Origin: a virus
Lineage: Duplodnaviria; Heunggongvirae; Uroviricota; Caudoviricetes
Length of the DNA stretch: 10,651 bases
Direction: 5' to 3' (one strand)
Virus record (IMG/VR): IMGVR_UViG_2698536677_000015
In this document: positions 1 through 7,321 of the stretch, one piece after another
How positions within the stretch are numbered: the first letter of the stretch is position 1
How the letters are laid out: each line of letters opens with the position of its first letter
Notes under the pieces: model-generated
Told to the model about the DNA's origin: nothing
The model's database searches: none
What the model saw: only the letters and a program-made list of their open reading frames with translations
Program-made: the position numbers and the translations under genes

Positions 1-1
1 A

Positions 2-1387
2 CAGGCCACTCTGGATGATAAACAGCAGAGTGCCCTGACAAAAACAGAGCGTGAGCTGGCCCTGTCCAGACTGAAAGGGGAAGAAAAAGAGCGTGCCCGG
101 CTGGGGTATGCGGCGGATGACCTTGGTTTTGTGGGGGATTCGTATCAGGAGGCGAGACAGCGTTATATCAGTAATGCTCTGGAAGCCTGGCGTAATAACG
201 AGGCGAACAAACCTAAATCCCGGGGTGGAAAATCAGAGACGGAAAAAGCGGAAGACAGTTTTTCCCGGCTACTGAAGCAGCAGAAAGAGCAACTGGCACT
301 GGCGGGTCAGAATACAGAGCTGGCGAAGCTGAAGTACCAGACTGCGCAGGGCGAACTGAAAACCCTGACGGAGATGCAGAAGCAGGAACTGCTGCGTAAC
401 GCGGCCCTGATTGACCAGCAAAAAATCCGGGAACAGTTGCGATCCCGGGAAGAGACCCTGAAGAATGATAATGTGGCTGCGCGTGCATCAAATGAAGCCG
501 AACTGCTGGGATACGGGCAGGGAGAACGAGCCAGGGAACGCATGCGGGAGTTGCAGCAGATCCGCGACAGCTTCCGCCAGAAGGATGCGGACCTTCAGTC
601 TCAGTATCAGACCGGGGATATCAGTGAGGATTTTTACAGACAGGCACGGGCACAGAACGCGCAGTATCTGAGCGAACGCCTTAAGGACCAGGCAGCCTTT
701 TATGCCGAATCGGATGCGCAGCGTGCGGACTGGCAGAAAGGCTTGCAGGAGGGGCTCAGTAACTGGTTGGATAATGCGTCCGATTACGCCTCACAGGCAG
801 CACAGCTTGCGACGGAGGGTATCTCAGGGATGGTGAATAACATCACGGAGATGCTGAACGGAAATAAAGTGGAATGGCGCAGCTGGGCCTCATCAGTGCT
901 GCAGGAAATATCAAAAGTTCTTATGAATGCCGCGATTGTCAACGGAATTAAGACGGCGGCAAACGGTATGTCCGGTGCGGGAGGATTTCTCGGCAGCATT
1001 GGTGACTGGCTGGGCGGGGCGGTGGCCAATGCAAAAGGCGGCGTGTATACCTCGGCAAACCTGAGTGCGTACAGCAACAGTATTGTGGATACGCCCACGT
1101 ACTTTGCCTTTGCAAAAGGGGCCGGGCTGATGGGGGAGGCCGGACCTGAAGCCATTATGCCCCTGACGCGGGCGGCGGATGGCTCGCTGGGTGTGCGCGC
1201 GGTGGGTAGTATGTACGGCAGTGCGGGCCTGGTGTATTCCCCGGTCTACCATATCGCCATTCAGAATGACGGGACTAATGGCCAGATAGGGCCGGAGGCG
1301 GCAGGCAGTCTTGTGCAGCTGATTGACCAGCGGGTGCAGGCGGTGATGCTGTCCATGCGACGTGACGGAGGAATGCTGAGTGGCTGA
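2..1387 (+). CDS. H: Tail tape measure protein, C-terminal portion (lambda gpH family); the 5' end lies upstream of the window
   Basis: The frame is open from position 2 with no upstream stop (the ORF track lists only the GTG-initiated part 131..1387). Gln/Glu/Arg-rich coiled-coil-like sequence is followed by a Gly-rich C-terminus (e.g. PLTRAADGSLGVRAVGS), typical of lambdoid tape measure proteins. Position immediately upstream of M-L-K-I matches lambda gene order. Stop TGA at 1385..1387. Confidence 0.85.
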   Translation, partial: QATLDDKQQSALTKTERELALSRLKGEEKERARLGYAADDLGFVGDSYQEARQRYISNALEAWRNNEANKPKSRGGKSETEKAEDSFSRLLKQQKEQLALAGQNTELAKLKYQTAQGELKTLTEMQKQELLRNAALIDQQKIREQLRSREETLKNDNVAARASNEAELLGYGQGERARERMRELQQIRDSFRQKDADLQSQYQTGDISEDFYRQARAQNAQYLSERLKDQAAFYAESDAQRADWQKGLQEGLSNWLDNASDYASQAAQLATEGISGMVNNITEMLNGNKVEWRSWASSVLQEISKVLMNAAIVNGIKTAANGMSGAGGFLGSIGDWLGGAVANAKGGVYTSANLSAYSNSIVDTPTYFAFAKGAGLMGEAGPEAIMPLTRAADGSLGVRAVGSMYGSAGLVYSPVYHIAIQNDGTNGQIGPEAAGSLVQLIDQRVQAVMLSMRRDGGMLSG

Positions 1388-1721
1388 GATAAAAACGCTG
1401 CATCTGGTCCCGCGTGAAGGGATGCAGGTGAGTGAGAAGCCGTCGGTGGTGAGGGTGCGGTTTGGTGACGGTTATGAACAGCGCCGCCCCACAGGGCTGA
1501 ATCCTCAACTGAAGACGTTTCAGGCGGTGTTCCGGGTGACGGATGAGTCAACCCGGCGCTGGCTGGAAGAGTTTTTATCGTGGCATGGTGGTTACCGTGC
1601 CTTTTTGTGGCGACCGCCGAAACATAACCGGACGGTGAGGGTTGTGTGCCGTGAGTGGAGTGTCACGGATAATGCCCGGTACAGTGATTTCAGTTGCACG
1701 ATAGAGCAGGTGGTGAACTGA
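1380..1721 (+). CDS. M: Minor tail protein M (lambda gpM family)
   Basis: 113-aa ORF with the motifs VRFGDGYEQR and a C-terminal EQVVN, recognisable as lambda gpM. GTG start at 1380 overlaps the H stop by 8 nt, with GGAGGA 7 nt upstream. Stop TGA 1719..1721 overlaps the L start (ATGA). Confidence 0.85.
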   Translation: MAEIKTLHLVPREGMQVSEKPSVVRVRFGDGYEQRRPTGLNPQLKTFQAVFRVTDESTRRWLEEFLSWHGGYRAFLWRPPKHNRTVRVVCREWSVTDNARYSDFSCTIEQVVN

Positions 1722-2419
1722 TGCAGGATATTCACGAAGAAAGCCTGAACGAGTCGGTTAAGTCAGAGCAGTCACCGCGTGTGGTACTCTGGGAAATCGA
1801 CCTGACGGTGCAGGGCGGTGAGCGCTATTTTTTCTGCAATGAACTGAATGAAAAAGGGGAGCCGGTCACCTGGCAGGGGCGTGAATATCAGGCGTACCCG
1901 ATTGACGGCAGCGGCTTTGAGATGAACGGGAAGGGCAGCAGTGCCAGACCGTCGCTGACGGTGTCCAATCTGTTTGGCCTTGTCACCGGAATGGCGGAGG
2001 ACCTGCAGAGCCTGGTGGGGGCCACGGTGGTCCGCCGCCGGGTGTATGCCCGTTTTCTGGATGCGGTGAATTTTGTGGCGGGCAATCCGGAAGCGGACCC
2101 GGAGCAGGAGCTGAGCGACCGCTGGGTGGTGGAGCAGATGTCAGAGCTGACGGCCATGACAGCCTCGTTTGTGCTGGCAACACCGACGGAGACGGACGGA
2201 GCGCTGTTTCCCGGTCGCATTATGCTGGCGAATACCTGTATGTGGGATTACCGGGGAGATGAATGCGGGTATAACGGTCCTGCGGTGGCGGATGAGTTCG
2301 ACAACCCCACCACGGATATCCGTAAGGACAGATGCAGCAAGTGCATGCGTGGGTGTGAACTGCGCAGGAATGTCGGCAATTTTGGCGGTTTCCTTTCCAT
2401 TAATAAACTTTCGCAGTAA
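1721..2419 (+). CDS. L: Minor tail protein L (lambda gpL family), with a Cys-rich C-terminal domain
   Basis: ATG at 1721 (MQDIHEESLNE...). Strong similarity to lambda gpL throughout (VVLWEIDL, GERYFFCNE, GEPVTWQGREYQ). C-terminal CxnC...CxxCxxxC cysteine cluster and terminal GNFGGFLSINKLSQ. The track ORF 1694..2419 begins at an upstream in-frame Met; 1721 is preferred because of the ATGA coupling with M and the lambda-like N-terminus. Confidence 0.85.
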   Translation: MQDIHEESLNESVKSEQSPRVVLWEIDLTVQGGERYFFCNELNEKGEPVTWQGREYQAYPIDGSGFEMNGKGSSARPSLTVSNLFGLVTGMAEDLQSLVGATVVRRRVYARFLDAVNFVAGNPEADPEQELSDRWVVEQMSELTAMTASFVLATPTETDGALFPGRIMLANTCMWDYRGDECGYNGPAVADEFDNPTTDIRKDRCSKCMRGCELRRNVGNFGGFLSINKLSQ

Positions 2420-2429
2420 ATCCCGGTTT

Positions 2430-3173
2430 ATGACACAGACTGAATCAGCGATTCTGGCACATGCCCGGCGGTGTGCGCCTGCGGAGTCGTGCGGCTTCGT
2501 GATAAGCACGCCGGAGGGGGAGCGGTATATCCCTTGTGTGAATATTTCCGCAGAGCCGGAGGCGTATTTTCGTATCGCACCGGAAGACTGGCTGCGGGCA
2601 GAGATGCAGGGGGAGATTGTGGCACTGGTCCACAGTCATCCCGGTGGGCTGCCCTGGCTGAGCGAGGCTGACCGGCGGCTGCAGATAAAAAGCGCACTGC
2701 CCTGGTGGCTGGTCTGCCGGGGTGACATTCACAAATTCCGCTGTGTGCCACATCTGACAGGACGGCGCTTTGAGCACGGGGTGACGGACTGTTACACGCT
2801 GTTCCGGGATGCCTACCATCTGGCGGGAATTGATATGCCGGATTTTGAGCGTGAGGATGACTGGTGGCGTAACGGTCAGAACCTTTACCTGGACAATATG
2901 GCGGTCACCGGCTTTTACCGGGTGCCCCTGTCCTCTGCACAGGCGGGCGATATCCTGCTGTGCTGCTTTGGCGCATCGGTGGCCAATCATGCCGCCATAT
3001 ACTGCGGCAACGGTGAGCTGCTTCACCATCTGCCTGAACAACTGAGTAAACGGGAGAGGTATTCCGAAAAATGGCAACGACGAACGCATTCAGCCTGGCG
3101 TCACCGCCACTGGCACGCATCTGCCTTCACGGGGATTTGCAACGATTTGGCCGCCGCCTCAGCCTGTATGTGA
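2430..3173 (+). CDS. K: Tail assembly protein K, copy 1 (N-terminal JAB/MPN-type metalloprotease motif plus C-terminal NlpC/P60-like domain)
   Basis: 247-aa product (MTQTESAILAHARRC...). JAMM-like motif E19-SCGF ... H68-S-H70-x7-S78-x2-D81 (EIVALVHSHPGGLPWLSEAD). C-terminal Cys/His region (GVTDCY ... NHAAIYCG) typical of NlpC/P60. The track ORF 2169..3173 is the same frame extended back into L; ATG 2430 lies 10 nt after the L stop. Confidence 0.85.
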   Translation: MTQTESAILAHARRCAPAESCGFVISTPEGERYIPCVNISAEPEAYFRIAPEDWLRAEMQGEIVALVHSHPGGLPWLSEADRRLQIKSALPWWLVCRGDIHKFRCVPHLTGRRFEHGVTDCYTLFRDAYHLAGIDMPDFEREDDWWRNGQNLYLDNMAVTGFYRVPLSSAQAGDILLCCFGASVANHAAIYCGNGELLHHLPEQLSKRERYSEKWQRRTHSAWRHRHWHASAFTGICNDLAAASACM

Positions 3174-3751
3174 ACACGGCAGCGGAAGCCATTCGCGCCC
3201 TGTCGATGCAGATGCCGGGCTTTCGCCGTCAGATGAACGAAGGCTGGTACCAGATACGTATTCGCGGTGAGGACACGGCACCGGAGGCGGTGTACGCCCG
3301 TCTTCACGAACAGCTGGGTGAGGGGGCGGTCATCCATATTGTGCCGCGACTGGCCGGGGCCGGAAAGGGTGGACTGCAGATTGTGCTGGGGGCGGCAGCC
3401 ATCGTGGGCTCTTTCTTCACTGCCGGGGCATCAATGGCGTTATGGGGTTCAGCCCTGGCAGCCGGTGGTTTTTCTGCCACCACGATGCTGTTTTCACTGG
3501 GGGCCAGCATGATACTGGGTGGTGTGGCACAGATGCTTGCCCCGAAGCCAAAAACACCGGAATACAGGGCAACGGATAACGGCAGACAGAACACGTACTT
3601 TTCCTCGCTGGATAACATGATTGCCCAGGGGAACCCGATGCCGGTGCCTTACGGTGAAATGCTGGTTGGCTCCCGGCGAATCTCCCAGGACATCAGTACC
3701 CGTGATGAAGGCGGTGACGGGAAGATGGTGGTTATCGGGCGGCAGGCATAA
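3071..3751 (+). CDS. I: Tail assembly protein I, copy 1 (lambda gpI family)
   Basis: 226-aa ORF (MATTNAFSLASPPLARICLHGDLQRFGRR...) with a hydrophobic Gly/Ala-rich central segment and DNGRQNTYFSSLDNM. Start is embedded in the 3' end of K in another frame (103-nt overlap), as in lambda. GGAGAGG lies upstream of the ATG. Confidence 0.85.
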   Translation: MATTNAFSLASPPLARICLHGDLQRFGRRLSLYVNTAAEAIRALSMQMPGFRRQMNEGWYQIRIRGEDTAPEAVYARLHEQLGEGAVIHIVPRLAGAGKGGLQIVLGAAAIVGSFFTAGASMALWGSALAAGGFSATTMLFSLGASMILGGVAQMLAPKPKTPEYRATDNGRQNTYFSSLDNMIAQGNPMPVPYGEMLVGSRRISQDISTRDEGGDGKMVVIGRQA

Positions 3752-3773
3752 AAGCGAAAAAATCCCGCAGTGA

Positions 3774-3988
3774 TGTTTCCCGGTCGCATCATGCTGGCGA
3801 ACACCTGTATGTGGGATTACCGGGGAGATGAATGCGGGTATAACGGTCCTGCGGTGGCGGATGAGTTCGATAAACCCACCACCGATATCCGTAAGGACAG
3901 ATGCAGCAAGTGCATGCGCGGGTGTGAGATGCGCGGCATGGTGGCTAATTTTGGCGGTTTCCTTTCCATTAACAAACTTTCGCAGTAA
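3774..3988 (+). pseudogene. Detached 3' fragment of gene L (last ~70 codons, complete Cys-cluster domain) heading repeat unit 2
   Basis: Sequence from about 3774 matches L from about 2203 onward (FPGRIMLANTCMWDYRGDECGYNGPAVADEF...INKLSQ) at roughly 95% identity. It is joined abruptly to the I-downstream sequence at 3773/3774. An in-frame GTG-ATG at 3770..3775 gives a possible 72-aa ORF. Confidence 0.7.
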
Positions 3989-3993
3989 ATCCA

Positions 3994-4737
3994 ATGACAC
4001 AGACAGAATCAGCGATTCTGGCGCATGCCCGGCGGTGTGTGCCTGCGGAGTCGTGCGGCTTCGTGGTGAGAACGCCGGAGGGGGAGCGGTATATCCCTTG
4101 TGTGAATATCTCTGCAGAGCCGGAGGCGTATTTTCGTATTGCACCGGAAGACTGGCTGCGGGCAGAGATGCAGGGGGAGATTGTGGCACTGGTCCACAGT
4201 CATCCCGGTGGTCTGCCCTGGCTGAGCGAGGCCGACCGGCGGCTGCAGATAAAAAGTGCACTGTCCTGGTGGCTGGTCTGCCGGGGGGAAATTCATAAAT
4301 TCCGCTGTGTGCCACATCTGACAGGACGGCGCTTTGAGCACGGGGTGACGGACTGTTACACGCTGTTCCGGGATGCCTGCCATCTGGCGGGAATTGATAT
4401 GCCGGATTTTGAGCGTGAGGATGACTGGTGGCGCAACGGTCAGAACCTTTACCTGGACAATATGGCGGTCACCGGCTTTTACCGGGTGCCCCTGTCCTCT
4501 GCACAGGCGGGCGATATCCTGCTGTGCTGCTTTGGTGCTTCGGTACCGAACCATGCCGCCATTTACTGCGGCAACGGTGAACTGCTTCACCATCTGCCTG
4601 AACAACTGAGTAAACGGGAGAGGTATTCCGAAAAATGGCAACGACGAACGCATTCTGTCTGGCGTCACCGCCACTGGCACGCATCTGCCTTCACGGGGAT
4701 TTGCAACGATTTGGCCGCCGCCTCAGCCTGTACGTGA
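3994..4737 (+). CDS. K: Tail assembly protein K, copy 2 (allele B)
   Basis: 247-aa ORF, about 95% identical to copy 1 with scattered substitutions (CVPAESCGFVVRT, ALSWW, RGEIH, RDACH, SVPNH, ...SACT). The L-stop to K-start spacer is 5 nt here against 10 nt in copy 1. Confidence 0.8.
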   Translation: MTQTESAILAHARRCVPAESCGFVVRTPEGERYIPCVNISAEPEAYFRIAPEDWLRAEMQGEIVALVHSHPGGLPWLSEADRRLQIKSALSWWLVCRGEIHKFRCVPHLTGRRFEHGVTDCYTLFRDACHLAGIDMPDFEREDDWWRNGQNLYLDNMAVTGFYRVPLSSAQAGDILLCCFGASVPNHAAIYCGNGELLHHLPEQLSKRERYSEKWQRRTHSVWRHRHWHASAFTGICNDLAAASACT

Positions 4738-5315
4738 ACACGGCAGCGGAAGCCATCCGTGCCCTGTCGCTGCAGGTGCCGGGATTCCGCCGCCAGATGA
4801 ACGAAGGCTGGTACCAGATACGTATTGCTGGTGAGGACACGGCACCGGAGGCGGTGTATGCCCGCCTTCACGAACAACTGGGTGAGGGGGCGGTCATCCA
4901 TATTGTGCCGCGACTGGCCGGTGCAGGGAAAGGCGGACTGCAGATTGTGCTGGGGGCGGCAGCCATCGTGGGCTCTTTCTTCACGGCCGGAGCATCGATG
5001 GCAGCCTGGGGGGCAGCGCTGAGTGCCGGCGGTTTTTCTGCCACCACGATGCTGTTTTCACTGGGTGCCAGCATGATACTGGGTGGTGTGGCACAGATGC
5101 TGGCCCCGAAGCCAAAAACACCGGAATACAGGGCAACGGATAACGGTAAACAGAACACGTACTTTTCGTCGCTGGATAACATGATTGCCCAGGGGAACCC
5201 GATGCCGGTGCCTTACGGTGAAATGCTGGTTGGCTCCCGGCGAATCTCCCAGGACATCAGCACCCGTGATGAAGGCGGGGGCGGAACGGTCGTGGTTATC
5301 GGGCGACAGGGATAA
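4635..5315 (+). CDS. I: Tail assembly protein I, copy 2 (allele B)
   Basis: 226-aa ORF, near-identical to copy 1 with substitutions across the length (FCLASP, SLQVPGF, IRIAGED, AAWGAALSAGG, ...GGGGTVVVIGRQG). Confidence 0.8.
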   Translation: MATTNAFCLASPPLARICLHGDLQRFGRRLSLYVNTAAEAIRALSLQVPGFRRQMNEGWYQIRIAGEDTAPEAVYARLHEQLGEGAVIHIVPRLAGAGKGGLQIVLGAAAIVGSFFTAGASMAAWGAALSAGGFSATTMLFSLGASMILGGVAQMLAPKPKTPEYRATDNGKQNTYFSSLDNMIAQGNPMPVPYGEMLVGSRRISQDISTRDEGGGGTVVVIGRQG

Positions 5316-5320
5316 AACAT

Positions 5321-5354
5321 AAAAAAATCCCGCAGTGATCGCGGAGCTGCGGGG
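5321..5354 (-). terminator. Candidate intrinsic terminator for leftward transcription (hairpin with a T-tract on the minus strand)
   Basis: Plus strand reads AAAAAAA-TCCCGCAG-(11-nt loop)-CTGCGGGG. On the minus strand this is a GC-rich stem-loop followed by TTTTTTT. No convincing minus-strand gene lies upstream of it in this copy. Confidence 0.4.
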
Positions 5355-5538
5355 ACAGACAAATGAAGATCAATGTTAAGGAGTTGTTTTTGTTACTCGG
5401 GCAAAAAAACACTAACGCAGCGAAATTATAAGCGCCACAGTCAGTGTGTGAAAATGTGAAGATATTCAGAATTTTTATGCCATTACCGGTTTTAACCAAC
5501 AGGATTATCGGTGGGCATGAAAGAAAACCCCGGTATCA

Positions 5539-5673
5539 GTGGCGGATGAGTTCGATAAACCCACCACCGATATCCGTAAGGACAGATGCAGCAAGTGCAT
5601 GCGCGGGTGTGAGATGCGCGGCATGGTGGCTAATTTTGGCGGTTTCCTTTCCATTAACAAACTTTCGCAGTAA
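5539..5673 (+). pseudogene. Shorter detached 3' fragment of gene L (last ~44 codons) heading repeat unit 3
   Basis: From 5539 the sequence matches the L 3' end (VADEFDKPTTDIRKDRCSKCMRGC...INKLSQ). The first two cysteines of the cluster are missing. It is joined to spacer sequence at 5537..5539. Confidence 0.65.
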
Positions 5674-5678
5674 ATCCA

Positions 5679-6422
5679 ATGACACAGACAGAATCAGCGA
5701 TTCTGGCGCATGCCCGGCGGTGTGTGCCTGCGGAGTCGTGCGGCTTCGTGGTGAGAACGCCGGAGGGGGAGCGGTATATCCCTTGTGTGAATATCTCTGC
5801 AGAGCCGGAGGCGTATTTTCGTATTGCACCGGAAGACTGGCTGCGGGCAGAGATGCAGGGGGAGATTGTGGCACTGGTCCACAGTCATCCCGGTGGTCTG
5901 CCCTGGCTGAGCGAGGCCGACCGGCGGCTGCAGATAAAAAGTGCACTGTCCTGGTGGCTGGTCTGCCGGGGGGAAATTCATAAATTCCGCTGTGTGCCAC
6001 ATCTGACAGGACGGCGCTTTGAGCACGGGGTGACGGACTGTTACACGCTGTTCCGGGATGCCTACCATCTGGCGGGAATTGATATGCCGGATTTTGAGCG
6101 TGAGGATGACTGGTGGCGCAACGGTCAGAACCTGTACCTGGACAATATGGAGGCGACTGGTTTTTACAGGATTTCCCTGCCTTCCGCACAGCCTGGCGAT
6201 ATCCTGCTGTGCTGCTTTGGCGCATCGGTGGCCAATCATGCCGCCATATACTGCGGCAACGGTGAGCTGCTTCACCATCTGCCTGAACAACTGAGTAAAC
6301 GGGAGAGGTATTCCGAAAAATGGCAACGACGAACGCATTCAGCCTGGCGTCACCGCCACTGGCACGTATCTGCCTTCACGGGGATTTACAACGATTTGGC
6401 CGCCGCCTCAGCCTGTATGTGA
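5679..6422 (+). CDS. K: Tail assembly protein K, copy 3 (mosaic allele)
   Basis: 247-aa ORF. The 5' part is identical to copy 2, the middle carries copy-1-like residues (RDAYH, SVANH, HSAW), and a divergent patch of about 60 nt (around 6134..6190) encodes DNMEATGFYRISLPSAQPGD, present in neither other copy. Confidence 0.8.
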   Translation: MTQTESAILAHARRCVPAESCGFVVRTPEGERYIPCVNISAEPEAYFRIAPEDWLRAEMQGEIVALVHSHPGGLPWLSEADRRLQIKSALSWWLVCRGEIHKFRCVPHLTGRRFEHGVTDCYTLFRDAYHLAGIDMPDFEREDDWWRNGQNLYLDNMEATGFYRISLPSAQPGDILLCCFGASVANHAAIYCGNGELLHHLPEQLSKRERYSEKWQRRTHSAWRHRHWHVSAFTGIYNDLAAASACM

Positions 6423-7321
6423 ACACGGCAGCGGAAGCCATCCGTGCCCTGTCGATGCAGATGCCGGGATTCCGCCGTCAGATGAACGAAGGCTGGTACC
6501 AGATACGTATTCGCGGTGAGGACACGGCACCGGAGGCGGTGTACGCCCGTCTTCACGAACAGCTGGGTGAGGGAACGGTCATCCACATTGTGCCGCGACT
6601 GGCCGGGGCCGGAAAGGGTGGACTGCAGATTGTGCTGGGGGCGGCAGCCATCGTGGGCTCTTTCTTCACTGCCGGGGCATCAATGGCGTTATGGGGTTCA
6701 GCCCTGGCAGCCGGTGGTTTTTCTGCCACCACGATGCTGTTTTCTCTGGGGGCCAGCATGATTCTGGGTGGTGTGGCTCAGATGCTGGCCCCGAAGGCTA
6801 AAGTACCGGAGTACAAAAGCACGGATAACGGCAGACAGAACACGTATTTTTCGTCACTGGACAACATGATTGCCCAGGGAAAATTCCGCTGTGTGCCACA
6901 TCTGACAGGACGGCGCTTTGAGCACGGGGTGACGGACTGTTACACGCTGTTCCGGGATGCCTGCCATCTGGCGGGAATTGATATGCCGGATTTTGAGCGT
7001 GAGGATGACTGGTGGCGCAACGGTCAGAACCTTTACCTGGACAATATGGCGGTCACCGGCTTTTACCGGGTGCCCCTGTCCTCTGCACAGGCGGGCGATA
7101 TCCTGCTGTGCTGCTTTGGTGCTTCGGTACCGAACCATGCCGCCATTTACTGCGGCAACGGTGAACTGCTTCACCATCTGCCTGAACAACTGAGTAAACG
7201 GGAGAGGTATTCCGAAAAATGGCAACGACGAACGCATTCTGTCTGGCGTCACCGCCACTGGCACGCATCTGCCTTCACGGGGATTTGCAACGATTTGGCC
7301 GCCGCCTCAGCCTGTACGTGA
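6320..7321 (+). CDS. In-frame I-K fusion ORF: I residues 1-187 joined to K residues 102-247 (NlpC/P60-like half only)
   Basis: 333-aa ORF. The N-terminal part is I sequence up to ...SLDNMIAQG (codon 187 ends at 6880). It then continues directly as K from KFRCVPHLTGRRFEHG... in the copy-2 (allele B) version through to the K stop. Junction is at about 6879..6883. Confidence 0.7.
   Translation: MATTNAFSLASPPLARICLHGDLQRFGRRLSLYVNTAAEAIRALSMQMPGFRRQMNEGWYQIRIRGEDTAPEAVYARLHEQLGEGTVIHIVPRLAGAGKGGLQIVLGAAAIVGSFFTAGASMALWGSALAAGGFSATTMLFSLGASMILGGVAQMLAPKAKVPEYKSTDNGRQNTYFSSLDNMIAQGKFRCVPHLTGRRFEHGVTDCYTLFRDACHLAGIDMPDFEREDDWWRNGQNLYLDNMAVTGFYRVPLSSAQAGDILLCCFGASVPNHAAIYCGNGELLHHLPEQLSKRERYSEKWQRRTHSVWRHRHWHASAFTGICNDLAAASACT

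Noticed and set aside
93-671. Short ORFs inside the tape measure gene on both strands (93..275, 213..491, 307..543, 465..671)
   Set aside because: They are nested within the continuous tape-measure reading frame and have low-complexity translations. They are chance ORFs in GC-rich coding sequence.
2169-3173. 334-aa ORF as a longer K protein
   Set aside because: The extra 87 N-terminal codons are an out-of-frame read through the 3' end of L. The ATG at 2430 gives the 247-aa product that matches the independently bounded copies at 3994 and 5679.
3494-4315. Long minus-strand ORFs antisense to the K and I genes (3494..4315, 2445..3089, 4009..4680, 5536..6225, 5694..6338, 6854..7264 and 7880..8803)
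   Set aside because: They lie exactly antisense to well-supported, lambda-homologous K/I genes in GC-rich sequence. Their translations are low-complexity and Pro/Ala/Arg-rich with no recognisable motifs. They recur only because the underlying K/I sequence is repeated, and the longest (7880..8803) reads straight through two hairpins.
5363-5431. 22-codon ORF (MKINVKELFLLLGQKNTNAAKL) in the AT-rich spacer, duplicated at about 7947..8015
   Set aside because: Very short, with only a weak Shine-Dalgarno-like sequence upstream, no recognisable features, and lying in AT-rich sequence where short ORFs arise by chance. It is subsumed under the spacer finding.
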